Source: Chrysomallon squamiferum (Eukaryota; Animalia; Mollusca). Taken from it: a DNA stretch of 64,000 nt. Position numbers and translations under genes: made by a program. How positions within the stretch are numbered: position 1 is the stretch's first letter; every line of letters starts with the position of its first letter. Location of the stretch: the NCBI GenBank assembly GCA_012295275.1, contig CM022670.1:25234001-25298000 (forward strand), read 5' to 3'. Positions 63,001 to 64,000 of this stretch are shown here, one piece after another. The notes below the pieces were generated by a model. That model worked only from the letters and a program-made list of their open reading frames with translations, was not told where the DNA came from and did not search any database.

Positions 63001-64000
63001 AGAAGCTACAAAATGTATTAAAAGTATTAAAAACGATATTTTCTGGTACCTTTCTGAAAAATGTCGAATTATTGATAAACAGATCAAAATAAAAATTACA
63101 AAACGTGATCTACAGTCTATGAAAAAAAAAAAATGAAACTGAAAAGCTAAATTAAAAAAAACATTAACAAAAAAACCAAAAAAAAACCCAGCATAAATAA
63201 ACCCCAAAAGAACAACTAATTAGAATTAAAAAAACAACAACAATAAAAGCAACAAGAAAGAAACAAACCAACGTTTTGCTTTCTAACAGCGTAAACACAC
63301 GTTTAAATTAATATCTTTTTTCTTTCTTTGCTTCTTTCTCTAAAAAAAACACTACTTAAGACTAATGTTAGAACGTGTGAAAAGAAATTCTTGTTTCTGA
63401 CAGAATACTTTGGCGAAAACTATCTGGAGACGTATGCTTCGTTCGCAAACGCTAAGAACACAGAGAATAAAAAAACATCATTTCTATTCAATACATGTTT
63501 CGCAATGAAAATATTACCGTTTGCGTGGGCTGGCGAAATCTGCAGAAAGAGAATCACAAGAGATGCTTTTATAAAACCAAGGCGTTAAGACTATGTTAGA
63601 AAAATATCGTTGATTTGTTGTGGGTTTTTTTTTTTTTTTTTTTTTTTTCTGGTTAGATAGCTGCTGATTATATTTAACGATAATTCTGTTTATTTAGCGC
63701 TAGCGACAAAATCTTGTAAAATTTGGTTTTCGTCTGTGATCATTAATTTTCCGAGCACTGGGCGCTCCGTTTCCCGTAAAGAGCCGAATTATCCCCAGAA
63801 TAAAACACAGACGTAAAATCTGAGTGTAAAACTATTAAAGAAACGACGCATCACTGACTTGTCCTATTTTTTATCTCGTTAATATCATTTGAATTATTTT
63901 GTAGAAAAATACATTTGTATCTCAGAACAGTTCTACTATCAAACTGGACTTTCTAAAGTACTTGTTACATGAGGTTAAGTTAGAATCTATACTGGCCGTC

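Overview
AT-rich (roughly 30% GC by eye), microsatellite-dense eukaryotic DNA, most likely an invertebrate. A mollusc or gastropod is inferred only from the gene's features and from recalled SINE similarity. The window holds one reconstructable protein-coding gene on the minus strand: an 8-exon pentameric Cys-loop ligand-gated anion channel subunit of the GlyR/GluCl-like class. Its CDS runs 45144->9882 (1284 nt, 427 aa), with all GT-AG junctions in phase and a 31.4-kb first intron. The fold, Cys-loop, loop C disulfide and M1-M4 are intact. However, most canonical glycine/glutamate-binding residues are replaced, two of them by His, so it looks like an orphan channel with an unknown ligand. The rest of the window is non-coding. 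It contains a Tigger/pogo deletion-derivative family (2 complete copies plus 2 fragments), two other TIR MITEs, tRNA-derived SINEs, a 3-copy ~0.9-kb tandem duplication bounded by (GA)n, several minisatellites and many microsatellites. Almost all ORFs in the supplied track are repeat artefacts. No prokaryotic features or CRISPR arrays were found.
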